A stretch of DNA of 59,296 nucleotides from a virus, in IMG/VR virus record IMGVR_UViG_3300044552_000050, positions 1-59,296 of that record; one strand, written 5' to 3'. The notes beneath the pieces are model-generated. The model saw nothing but the letters and a program-made list of their open reading frames with translations. It was not told the origin of the DNA and searched no databases. The first letter of the stretch is position 1. Every line of letters begins with the position of its first letter. This document shows, in pieces, positions 18,001 to 25,712 of the stretch. The position numbers and the translations under genes were made by a program.

Positions 18001-18896
18001 GTTGCAGCCGCGAGCGGGTTTATCTGGTCACGAAGGCGCTGGATCGCGGCAGCCTCGCGTTCGGCCTGCGCGGCGGCAGCCTGTGACGCCTGTTCCTGCT
18101 CGCGGTAGAATTCGTTTAATTCGGCTTGGGCAGCCTTACGGTTTTGCTGTTCCTGTTCCCTGCGCGCATCATCGACCATGTAAGGGTTCGCAACAGGTCT
18201 CTGGTACGCCTGCGCTAATTCCGGTTCCGCTGGTGAAGGTGCGCGGGAAACGCCATTGCCACCCAAGGACTGAACGCGGGCGGCGCGCGCTTGGGTGGCA
18301 GCTTGCGCTTCGGCGGCTGCATTCTCGGCTGCCGTCTGCTGGTTTATGGCCTCAGTGGTTTGCTGAATGGATTGTGTGACGTTTTTCTGCGCCGAATCCA
18401 TTGCGTTCAGGTAGGAACCGAGACGCTGAAGCTGTGTTGCCTGGCGTTCGTATGCACCGCTCTGACGTTCAAGGTCTGCATTCGTGCGCGTGATTTCCGT
18501 GCGAAGGCGTTGCTGCGCCTGCTGTGCTGCATCCACGGTCTTCTGGACAGTGGACGGCACCGGACCCATCGAAAGGGCTTCGCGGACGTACTGGCCTGCT
18601 GCTTCGGACTGCTGGCGTAACTGACCGAGTTTATCGGCAAGGGATTGAATGTTCGCTTCGGTCTGCGAAGTCTTTGTGGATGCTGCTGTAAACGTGTTGC
18701 TCAGGGACGTGTAGGATTTATCCACACTTGCCAGAACGGAACTGAGGTCAGCGAACTGCTGGTTCAGACCTTTCCCGCTGTTCGCGGTACCGTCCTGTAC
18801 GGACAGCAGACGTTTCAGGCCATCTTCTGCGGCGCGGATTGCGGCATCGGCATTGTATTTGCCGCCAATAACCAGTGAAACGTCTGTCTGTACCAT
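15015..18896 (-). CDS. Tape measure protein with an embedded lytic transglycosylase (SLT-like) domain
   Basis: 1293 aa, Ala/Gln-rich coiled-coil. SLT-like block LLEASGRRG...SGVGQFTDATW...YAGYHFG. Follows the G/GT chaperone genes. Confidence 0.85.
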   Translation of the reverse strand: MVQTDVSLVIGGKYNADAAIRAAEDGLKRLLSVQDGTANSGKGLNQQFADLSSVLASVDKSYTSLSNTFTAASTKTSQTEANIQSLADKLGQLRQQSEAAGQYVREALSMGPVPSTVQKTVDAAQQAQQRLRTEITRTNADLERQSGAYERQATQLQRLGSYLNAMDSAQKNVTQSIQQTTEAINQQTAAENAAAEAQAATQARAARVQSLGGNGVSRAPSPAEPELAQAYQRPVANPYMVDDARREQEQQNRKAAQAELNEFYREQEQASQAAAAQAEREAAAIQRLRDQINPLAAATRQFNQQKQQLEFMRERLSAEEYASALKMLDTQMEETTRRINGMQGLDSAGRPNFMGLKPYQVQNLGYQINDVLTQLGSGTSLSQTLAQQGGQILQIFDGVAGKVNTVLVTIAKYPGAFAAAAAGAAALAYALDQMYQNSKLMADARGVTAGLGGGANYDPEWIVTEQDAIRKLGVDAKDAQAALQSLMVDGMRSSDISRITEAAADMTKAFGGDFKTAVQDLGKAFNGTTEDMDNFIAKHGALISAQDRQRMSDAEGNGDQAGAQDIFQNSVIRNAHNAANAHDDTRLRQIGSFLTRTRVDVGAWSAGRDPYEANERQSNLERNNNDRRDIAAQRITQDAQDKHNQTLEKLNQLPQQVAEQVVRDRARDAAVHDIQSNPLTAGNVNSDAARYAIQQRQQDAIAEYRQQQEQHQHSQDEQAIRQFTAIVPLLEASGRRGATNPASSASGVGQFTDATWRDVLRRHVPETMGMSDTQLDAQRSNDQVVTRAIAAYTQEIAAALRAAGQQINARNLYAGYHFGPTGGVNLVRNPGAPLDQTIGRQAIQSNTAITHNTDGSQRSGQQLLDELSRRTTQYNGADAGLYRSLQAVEARQQASDRSIDSTVQRALTLGRRSLTDAQAGEPQDGTARLDAEVRQRGTDAVERLREQIEQLNRNIQAQGGRPRQVQQSAFDQIRAYAESAERARQGSQRSDIQWMQPVREGVELQRAMIQRRSDARDTGDIRTDAMIDAQLPQITANILRSIDNAIAHYTSLRNNPAAMQAEGQTNDSIDRNVSQLQGNRRAVRQAGDETKQMSDSMKNAFSDDTVSAARQFFSELREGQGVMTSLKDSFAQFAASFLEQMGEMILKAVMLKAVSMAVGAIGGSGVGSAFSSIMGAAVNHTGGVVGLYGGSTRSISPLVFAGAQRFHTGGFPGLQPDEIPTILQRGEEVITRSDPRHALNGGASGSAGPVNVHVINSVDHTHALRSALATPAGGKVLLNHINNNRSSYKSILG

Positions 18897-18897
18897 T

Positions 18898-19586
18898 TTA
18901 ATCCTCGCTCTCTAAACTTGCGAGAGTCTTCTTGAAGTGTTGGTGTCCATCCTTTGACAGCACTGCTGCGGCAGCCGCGTGGAGCAGGACTGCCGAAGTT
19001 GCCGCTTCCTGCCTCTGTCGTTCAGCAACGAAAAACGCTTCATCCTGTAACCGGCCAAGGGGATAATCGCCTGCTTCGGGATGGCCTGCGCTCATGAGCA
19101 GGTTGACCTTGCGGCGGATACCCCACAGCCATGTTTCAAGCGTCAGCTTGACGGGTTTGCGTTTTCGGCCTCTGTTCTTTCCGTCATCATTTTCATGAAC
19201 AGGGCCAGAACTTTTCCCGGTGGCATGTCCTGTGTGAACGTCAGCGCGGCGATCTTCTCGACGGCTTCGGCCTGAATGCCCATTGGAAGATTGATTGCGG
19301 CAGCAACATCTTCCACGTATCCATCATCGGCAGGTGTCGAGCCGCTGGACAGGGCAATCACTTCCCCGATCATTTCCGGCGAAGACCGCGCGATTACTGC
19401 AATCTGTTCGGCGGTACTCAGTTCCCTGCCGGTGACTTCAAGGATCGTGTGAAAGGTGTCCATAGCCAGCGACTTACGCCGGTAGAACAGCCCGAGAAGG
19501 TCGTTGAAAGACAGGCCACGGAGAGACAGAGTCTCGCCGTGAACCTGAATTTCCGCCTTCGGGACAACAATGTTCCGAAGGGCCAT
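18898..19586 (-). CDS. Tail assembly chaperone GT fusion, made by a -1 programmed frameshift
   Basis: The 18898..19095 ORF is in the -1 frame relative to 19143..19586. I translated that frame and it stays open upstream past the slippery site at 19213-19219. Confidence 0.6.
19143..19586 (-). CDS. Tail assembly chaperone (gpG-like)
   Basis: 147-aa ORF between the major tail protein and tape measure genes. Canonical position. Confidence 0.7.
   Translation of the reverse strand: MALRNIVVPKAEIQVHGETLSLRGLSFNDLLGLFYRRKSLAMDTFHTILEVTGRELSTAEQIAVIARSSPEMIGEVIALSSGSTPADDGYVEDVAAAINLPMGIQAEAVEKIAALTFTQDMPPGKVLALFMKMMTERTEAENANPSS
19213..19219 (-). promoter_or_regulatory. Slippery heptamer G_GGA_AAA for the G/GT -1 frameshift
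   Basis: The sense strand reads CCG GGA AAA GTT in the G frame and GGG AAA AGT in the -1 frame. Same class as the lambda G-T site G GGA AAG. Confidence 0.6.
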
Positions 19587-19589
19587 CTG

Positions 19590-20399
19590 TTAGGACGCCG
19601 CGTAAGGCGCGCCGTTGGCGTAAATCGCCGCACGGTCGGTCTGCACCAGAATGTCCGTGGTGAAGGACATTTGCTGCCATGTGTCGGCCTTCAGCGCGAA
19701 GTCGCCGGTCGGGCTGATGCGGACATACGGCATGTAGTAGTCAATCTGGTCGCCCTGCGGGTTGTACGCGAGGAACTTCAGCGCGCCGGTCAAGGACTGC
19801 GTACCGGAAATTACCCGGTCTTCCTTGTATGCGGTCACGTCGTAGGTGACGGCCACGCTGGCACCACTGGTAACAGCCGTGGAAGACGTGAGGAACGTGA
19901 TTGTCCCGCGCGTGGTATCCACGGTGTAATCCGTACCGAGGGTCAGCGCCGTGGCTGTGCCGCCACTCGCAGCGGCAGGAATGGATGCTGTCACGTTCGC
20001 CAGATTGCGGACACCAGCAGGGTTTCCGTCAGACAGGCCAAGCTGGTAACTCAGGCCCGGCAGCACGGACGTAATGGTTTCAGCAGTCGCGGTTGCGGCA
20101 GCCTGCGTCACGGTTTCGGACGTGCCAAGGAACAGCAGCGCGAGGTTTTCGGGCTGAATGTCATCCATCGTCAGTGTTGCGGAATAGTCCGTCTGAAGCG
20201 GAACAGACTTGTCCTTGATCTTGATGCCGTGGTCACTGGAATAGTGATCGAGCGTCTGAGTGCGGATGGAAATACCGAACGAAGGCGTGTTGCCAACGTA
20301 GCGGAAACCAGACGGCGTTTTCGTGCCGGTCAGGAATGTACTGAAGTGAATCTCACCGCGCCCGAGGGTCTGGTTGTCACTCGAAAAGTTGGAAGCCAT
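19590..20399 (-). CDS. Major tail (tube) protein
   Basis: 269-aa ORF immediately upstream of the chaperone/TMP genes. Preceded by a 52-nt gap carrying dyad copy b. Confidence 0.7.
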   Translation of the reverse strand: MASNFSSDNQTLGRGEIHFSTFLTGTKTPSGFRYVGNTPSFGISIRTQTLDHYSSDHGIKIKDKSVPLQTDYSATLTMDDIQPENLALLFLGTSETVTQAAATATAETITSVLPGLSYQLGLSDGNPAGVRNLANVTASIPAAASGGTATALTLGTDYTVDTTRGTITFLTSSTAVTSGASVAVTYDVTAYKEDRVISGTQSLTGALKFLAYNPQGDQIDYYMPYVRISPTGDFALKADTWQQMSFTTDILVQTDRAAIYANGAPYAAS

Positions 20400-20426
20400 G
20401 AAATGTCCTCAACCAAAGGTGTGTTG

Positions 20427-20445
20427 AATCACGTTATACGTGAGT
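20427..20445 (-). promoter_or_regulatory. ACTCAC-N7-GTGATT dyad, copy b
   Basis: Sense strand reads GAGACTCACGTATAACGTGATT, upstream of the major tail gene. Confidence 0.6.
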
Positions 20446-20451
20446 CTCGCG

Positions 20452-21006
20452 TTATGCGTAAGGGTTTATTGGGTCGTCAAAAACCCTCAGTGTCATGGAC
20501 AGCCAAAAGTAGGCTTTCGATGACAGATCATCAGCAGGCCGCACGACGCCGGGGCCGACTGCAAGCTGAATGATTCTGTTTTTCGCGCTCACGCCAAGGC
20601 CGAACGGATCAACCGTATTTGTGCCGGGTGCCTTGCGGTTGCGCTGGCTCGCCAGCAGCTTTCGCACGTCGGCCATTAGGACGTAGGCGGGGTCTGTGGG
20701 GTTCTCCGGGTCGTCATCAACGAAGCCCTGCACCAGCAGCTTCCACTCATATTCCGCGCCTTGGGCCGTGAACGGTGGTTCAGCCACGTCGTCGGCAGGA
20801 TCGACGCCTTCCAGAATGGACAGCATGGGGATGGGGTCGTTGTCACCGTACCATGCCCGGCCACGGTAAACACGCGGTATCAGAACGCCGTCGCCACGGT
20901 CTGTGTCGGACAGGTCATAAACATACCCGTTGGCTGGCGTGATCGTTTTCAGCGCGTCCGTGATTGCGTGGAGCGCGCGCAGCTTGAAAGGCGTCGTGTC
21001 TGTCAT
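20452..21006 (-). CDS. Tail terminator-like protein (gpU position)
   Basis: 184-aa ORF between the gpZ-like and major tail genes. Assigned by synteny only. Confidence 0.4.
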   Translation of the reverse strand: MTDTTPFKLRALHAITDALKTITPANGYVYDLSDTDRGDGVLIPRVYRGRAWYGDNDPIPMLSILEGVDPADDVAEPPFTAQGAEYEWKLLVQGFVDDDPENPTDPAYVLMADVRKLLASQRNRKAPGTNTVDPFGLGVSAKNRIIQLAVGPGVVRPADDLSSKAYFWLSMTLRVFDDPINPYA

Positions 21007-21623
21007 TGTAGGTTCAGTTCCAAGAGACGGGAAAATTCGGCTGCCGCAACCTCGCCCGCGAGCGGTGCAACCTGCTCACGCACTGACTTGAACACCTGGG
21101 ACACAGACGGCCCATACAGCAGCCATAGGCCAGACTTCATTCGCACAGCGCGAATTGTGTGGTCAGGCGTCTGGCCCGGCTTCAGGCGCACGGCAAGGCC
21201 AAGGTTTGATTTCGAGTCAGTGCCCGCCATGCCAGCGCGAAGCCGGATCAGGAATGCCTTGGGCAACATCGTAATCATGCCGGGGTGAATTTCGACACCC
21301 ACGCCGGGCTTGTTGACGCGACTGGTGGTGGCGAACCGGGCCAGACTGGTAGGACGCCAGCGCGCGGTAATCATCGACACCATGCTTTCGCCGGTCGCGC
21401 GCTCAGTGATGCCGAACCGTGGCTGGCCGTTCACACTGCCGGTGAGGTACTGCGCCGGGAAGTTTACCTGCGCGCGTATCTGTCTGCGGCCTTCGGCTGC
21501 CGCGCGCTGTGCAGCCGTGTTGATCGCGCGCGCGGCATTGCGCCGGGCGGCAGCCGGAAGGTCAGCCAGTGTGCGCGTGGCTGCTAGGCCATCAATCGCC
21601 ACGACATAGGAATCACCCTCCAT
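21003..21623 (-). CDS. Tail completion protein (lambda gpZ-like)
   Basis: Architecture and blocks (AARRNAARAINTAAQRAA..., LPKAFLIRL) resemble lambda gpZ. Syntenic position. Confidence 0.5.
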   Translation of the reverse strand: MEGDSYVVAIDGLAATRTLADLPAAARRNAARAINTAAQRAAAEGRRQIRAQVNFPAQYLTGSVNGQPRFGITERATGESMVSMITARWRPTSLARFATTSRVNKPGVGVEIHPGMITMLPKAFLIRLRAGMAGTDSKSNLGLAVRLKPGQTPDHTIRAVRMKSGLWLLYGPSVSQVFKSVREQVAPLAGEVAAAEFSRLLELNLQ

Positions 21624-22410
21624 TACTGGACGCCTCCAGATAGGATTGGAGCGTGGCCCATTCGGTCGCAGCTTCGTCGGCAGGCAGGTTATTCACGTCA
21701 GCCGTCACGTACTGGTCGTCAACCGCAAAGAACGTGGCAATCCGGTAAACCTCTGTTGCGCTCATGGCCACAATCGCGTTCATGAGCATCAGCGGAAGGT
21801 CTGCCACCAACAGGCGCAGCTTGGTTTTGTTGTCGTACCGCGTCGCGTAATTCGCTGCGTCCTGCACACCCTGACCAATGCCGCCGTATGCAGCCCAAAC
21901 CCGAATTGTGGTGGACACGGGCGATGTGGACTTGGGCATCAGATAATAGGCGGAAACCTCATACTGGCCGTGCAGGTCGTCACGCGCACCGCGTTTTATC
22001 TGCATGATGCCGGAGTCCGAAAACGCGGTGTCGTCCCCGCTGATTTTCGACCATCGGGCCTTGGCTGCCGCCACTGTCATCTGCGTGACGTGCGCTGTGG
22101 TATAACCGAAGTCGTCAGGGTCGAATGTGTCAATGGTGAACGCATTGTTTTCGTCCAACAGGACAACAGCGTTTCTGGCCTTAACGGATATGTCGGAACT
22201 CAGGAACCGGATTGTCGGTAGGGATTCCTGCATTTCGGCATATTGTTTCCCTGTGACAACAGGGCGACCTATCTGCGTAAACCCCGGCCATACGCGCACA
22301 TTGCACGGGACCGGGGTAGCATCGGGCGATGCGAGGTAATAGGCAGGCACAGCCATCTGCTGATGGACAGATGCCCTTGCCGAATCCCGTATCGCCCGAA
22401 AGTTGCTCAC
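21613..22410 (-). CDS. Head-tail joining (neck) protein with an internal tandem duplication (gpFII position)
   Basis: Two halves align: ARASVHQQMAVPAYYLASPDATPVPCNVRVW against ARDDLHGQYEVSAYYLMPKSTSPVSTTIRVW, plus later blocks. Confidence 0.45.
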   Translation of the reverse strand: MSNFRAIRDSARASVHQQMAVPAYYLASPDATPVPCNVRVWPGFTQIGRPVVTGKQYAEMQESLPTIRFLSSDISVKARNAVVLLDENNAFTIDTFDPDDFGYTTAHVTQMTVAAAKARWSKISGDDTAFSDSGIMQIKRGARDDLHGQYEVSAYYLMPKSTSPVSTTIRVWAAYGGIGQGVQDAANYATRYDNKTKLRLLVADLPLMLMNAIVAMSATEVYRIATFFAVDDQYVTADVNNLPADEAATEWATLQSYLEASSNGG

Positions 22411-22739
22411 GGCAGGATTGTGCTTGCGTCGGACACGACGGGCGATACTGCTGCGGCAGCGTTCAGGGCTGCTGCGGCCTGCTTGGTGGCTGCAAGCTGT
22501 GCGGCACGGCCTTCGGCCTGACCAGTGGCCTGCGCTTCGGTGACGGCTTCCTGATGCGCTTCTGCGGCTTTGGGGTCCGGCAGACTTTCGCCGGGCGCGA
22601 GGTCGGCGGAATGGCCTGCAATCAGGACAGCAGCAGGGCCGTCAGCAATCTCAAAAGTTTCGCCGGGCTTTGCCAGTTCAACCTTTTTGGTTTTGACGTT
22701 CTGATAGTTTACTCGGTGTCGGGCAATCAGCTTTACCAT
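22407..22739 (-). CDS. Hypothetical protein with an Ala/Gln-rich linker (gpFI position)
   Basis: The ATG at 22739 is 3 nt downstream of dyad copy c; the ORF track starts at an upstream GTG, 22748. Follows the major capsid gene. Confidence 0.5.
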   Translation of the reverse strand: MVKLIARHRVNYQNVKTKKVELAKPGETFEIADGPAAVLIAGHSADLAPGESLPDPKAAEAHQEAVTEAQATGQAEGRAAQLAATKQAAAALNAAAAVSPVVSDASTILP

Positions 22740-22742
22740 CGA

Positions 22743-22761
22743 ACTCACCTATGAAGTGAGT
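22743..22761 (-). promoter_or_regulatory. ACTCAC-N7-GTGAGT dyad, copy c
   Basis: Sense strand reads AAACTCACTTCATAGGTGAGTTCGATG, directly before the start codon. Confidence 0.6.
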
Positions 22762-22798
22762 TTCAGGACATGGGCACCCCTGAAACTCGGTTGGAAAA

Positions 22799-23914
22799 TT
22801 ACGCCTGAACGCGAGCGCGGAACGTCTGGTCAGGGTTGACCGGCACGTACAGCGGAGCGGACTGAGACATGATGAACAGCGCGGAAGGGTCGTTTTCCTT
22901 CCACATTTTCATGAACACGTCGGTCGGCTGCAAACCGGCGTCCGCGTCAATGATCGCGCCGAAGCACGGCACACCGTCCACGTTCGGGCCGGTCAGCACA
23001 ACGTCGCGCGGGTCCATGAAGCGAACAAACTGGCCTTCGTTGTTCTGGTAGAAGTCGTCAAACAGCCACAGTTCGAGGCCGTTGGACAGAACGCCAAGCT
23101 GACGGCTGTTGTTGTTGCCGATGTTCAGGGACGGACGAATCCCGGTGGGGATCGTCAGTTCCGTGTTACCACGGCGCAGCAGCGACATTTCAGCAATCAG
23201 GCTCAGGTTGACGCGCATGGACTGCCACGCCTTGTAGCCAACCGTCAGGCGGTTCGGCATCGCGCCGAAGTCCTGTAACGCCATCAGGTCGCACCATTTC
23301 TGAATGTCGCTGATGATGTCGTAATTCGGGTCGGACCACATTTTCGTGGTGTCGGTCAGGCCCGAATAGTCAACGGTGTTGGCATCGTTGCGCCCGAAGT
23401 CCAGCACAACGCTCGTGCCGTTCTCGTAGGTCACAGGAACCTTGCCGTTCAAGACGGCCTGTGCAGCCATCCATTCCCAGGTGCGGTCAATGGCCTGCTG
23501 CTGATACTGCACCACGTCAATCACGTCCTGATCGAACACCTGCTGCGGTGTCAGAGGAACGGGATTGAGAACGTCGCCAGCACGGCGGCGGAAAGAGTCG
23601 CCGGGGATAACCGGGTCTTTCGGCTTGACGTATGCAGGCGTGAACTGGCGAACCTGCGATTCGTTGCGCTTGTAGATGCCCTTGCCGGTTTCGGCAGGCA
23701 GCACAAACGGTGCAATCGGACGGCGCGACCGGACTTTTTCAAAGTCGATGTAACGCTGGCTGGACAGGTGGGCTGCACCAGTGAAGCACAGGTCGCGGAA
23801 ATAGGTGGAACGCGAGGCAAGCCGCTGGTCGTAAAAAACGCCAAGCAGATCGCGCGAATCCCAAATTTGAATGGCGTCCCCGGAAGTCACGCCGTTCAGA
23901 GTCGTACCAGTCAT
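22799..23914 (-). CDS. Major capsid protein (lambda gpE family)
   Basis: C-terminus CFGAIIDADAG...MSQSAPLYVPVNPDQTFRARVQA parallels lambda gpE (YGCIQDADA...MIQSAPLMLLADPDEFVSVQLA). N-terminal FTPAYVKPKDPV parallels FTPGYVKPKHEV. Confidence 0.9.
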   Translation of the reverse strand: MTGTTLNGVTSGDAIQIWDSRDLLGVFYDQRLASRSTYFRDLCFTGAAHLSSQRYIDFEKVRSRRPIAPFVLPAETGKGIYKRNESQVRQFTPAYVKPKDPVIPGDSFRRRAGDVLNPVPLTPQQVFDQDVIDVVQYQQQAIDRTWEWMAAQAVLNGKVPVTYENGTSVVLDFGRNDANTVDYSGLTDTTKMWSDPNYDIISDIQKWCDLMALQDFGAMPNRLTVGYKAWQSMRVNLSLIAEMSLLRRGNTELTIPTGIRPSLNIGNNNSRQLGVLSNGLELWLFDDFYQNNEGQFVRFMDPRDVVLTGPNVDGVPCFGAIIDADAGLQPTDVFMKMWKENDPSALFIMSQSAPLYVPVNPDQTFRARVQA

Positions 23915-23930
23915 GGTCAGTCAGTCTCCG

Positions 23931-24395
23931 TTAAGAAACCAGATCGGTCAGGTCGGCCACGGGCGTTACCTGATTCGGATCGGTCATAGAGGTGGGAACG
24001 CCGAAGAACAGAGGGGCATAAGCCTTAATCATGGCGAGGTTCAGGGCTGCGAGCGTCCAGCTTGCATCCATGTTCAGGCGCTTGATATTGAAGCCCCCGG
24101 AACGGTAGAAGCTGACGTTCTGTGCAACCGTGTTCACCGGAAGCGCCTGAAGCGTCACACCGATGGGGTTCTGGCTACCATCGGTAGCAGTCGCCACGGA
24201 CGGCACGGCAATGCCGGTAGCGGTCACAATGCCGATCAGCGTGTACGCGGGCAGCGGCGCTGTCAGGACACCAACAGAAATGGTGTCGGTGATGAACGGA
24301 AAGTTGCCGTACAGCAGCAGGTCGGGCGGAACGAACGCATCGCCTGTGTACTGCGGAATACCGAGGGATGCAGCGGGATCATACGAAAGGGTCAT
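23931..24395 (-). CDS. Head decoration protein (lambda gpD-like)
   Basis: TDGSQNPIGV...VSFYRSGGFNIKRL parallels gpD DGAAVGIL...LTFYKSGTFRYEDV. Lies between the protease and capsid genes. Confidence 0.7.
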   Translation of the reverse strand: MTLSYDPAASLGIPQYTGDAFVPPDLLLYGNFPFITDTISVGVLTAPLPAYTLIGIVTATGIAVPSVATATDGSQNPIGVTLQALPVNTVAQNVSFYRSGGFNIKRLNMDASWTLAALNLAMIKAYAPLFFGVPTSMTDPNQVTPVADLTDLVS

Positions 24396-24407
24396 GGCTT
24401 TGCTTCC

Positions 24408-25712
24408 TTACTTGGTCGCGCCGTAGCGAATGTCCATCGCAGCCTGTGCGCGGGACTTCTGCGGAGCAGCAGCGGCAGACACCGCTTCAGCGCCCACATT
24501 GGGATTGCCCGTTGCGACCATCGCCACAGCGAACGGTGCCTGACCTGCGGGTGCAACGGCAGCAGGTGCAGCGGCGGGAGCGGGGGTAGCAGCCACGGGT
24601 GCGGTTTCAACTGCGGACGCAGCCAAAATGCCCTGCGCTTCTTCAACGCTCTGGTCGGTGTTCAGCGCGATGTGCTGTGCAAGTTTCGGGCGGTCCTTGG
24701 CTTCTGCACATGCAAGAATCGCACTGATACGTGTGCGCGCCGCCGTGGTAGCAATGCCGCGTTCTTCGGCGCGGGCGGCGTTCACCGCTGCGTCGATAGC
24801 AGCCTGATTGTCGGTAGCCATTCCGGCCATCCTTTCATCAATGGTTGAAACGAAATTCGCCATTGCCTCTGAAGGCGTGGCTATTGAATCCACGAGGCCG
24901 TGTGCCATCGCGTTTTTCGCGTCGTAGGTTGAAGCCTCCGTGTCACGAATTGCTTGAACGTCCATATTGCGGTTCTTCGCCACCATCGACGTGAACTCGG
25001 CGTATATGTCGTCAACTGAAGCCTGAATGCGCGCCCGTTCACCGTCTGTCATCGGCTGGCTGGAATAGCCATCGGTCTTGTTCGCACCGGCTTGAATCAG
25101 ATTTATCTTAACGCCCTGCTGCGCGAGGGACTCGCTAATGTCCGCGCGCTGCCGAACCACGCCGATATTGGCGAACATGCCGAACTTGGCCGCACTGATG
25201 GTGTCAGCGCCCGAAGCAACACCGTAGGCAGCAGATGTTGCATTCTTCGCATACGCAGTAATGGGTTTGACGGAAGATACGGCCTTAACAGCATTTGCCG
25301 TTTCCTCCATGCCGCTTGCTTCGCCGCCTGGGGAGTCGATGGCAAGCATGATGCCTTTCACATCAGGATCAGCCGCGCCGCGCGCCAGTGCTGCCTGAAT
25401 GTAATCGTAGCCGGTCATCCAACCATCGAGACAGAACGGCAGGTCGCCAACCAGAATGCCGGACACGGGGACTGTCAGAACACCATCACTCGAAACCGAG
25501 TAAGGCTGATGCTGCGACTCCCAATCGTCAGGGCCGTACCAAAAGTTGCTGTTGGCGTTGGAACCGAGTGCCGAGACTGCCATGAGTTTCTGGCATGTTT
25601 CGTCGGCAGCCATTGCTTTCAGCGTGGCGTTCACCCACTCCATGCGCTCAGGCGCAAGTGCGAGAGGTTTGTCCAGCAGGTCATAAGGAACGGCATTCGG
25701 GGAAGTGTTCAT
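24408..25712 (-). CDS. Head maturation protease, S49 (SppA/ClpP-like, lambda gpC-like), with a C-terminal scaffold-like region
   Basis: S49 signature GIMLAIDSPGGEASG. Ala-rich C-terminal tail. Directly after the portal gene. Confidence 0.85.
   Translation of the reverse strand: MNTSPNAVPYDLLDKPLALAPERMEWVNATLKAMAADETCQKLMAVSALGSNANSNFWYGPDDWESQHQPYSVSSDGVLTVPVSGILVGDLPFCLDGWMTGYDYIQAALARGAADPDVKGIMLAIDSPGGEASGMEETANAVKAVSSVKPITAYAKNATSAAYGVASGADTISAAKFGMFANIGVVRQRADISESLAQQGVKINLIQAGANKTDGYSSQPMTDGERARIQASVDDIYAEFTSMVAKNRNMDVQAIRDTEASTYDAKNAMAHGLVDSIATPSEAMANFVSTIDERMAGMATDNQAAIDAAVNAARAEERGIATTAARTRISAILACAEAKDRPKLAQHIALNTDQSVEEAQGILAASAVETAPVAATPAPAAAPAAVAPAGQAPFAVAMVATGNPNVGAEAVSAAAAPQKSRAQAAMDIRYGATK

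Noticed and set aside
19449-20573. Long antisense or alternative-frame ORFs inside well-supported genes: 223..1020, 3825..4511, 8090..8479, 15809..16351, 16563..17084, 19449..20573, 23871..24848, 25092..25916, 25595..27055, 28027..28860, 36109..36972, 40040..40855, 40898..41689, 43171..43779, 43798..44364, 45888..46874, 46997..47593, 55220..55879, 57612..58067 and 58064..58621.
   Set aside because: Their translations are Arg/Gly/Cys/His-rich and low in information. They lie opposite or out of frame to genes with clear family motifs. Long spurious open frames are expected in GC-rich DNA.
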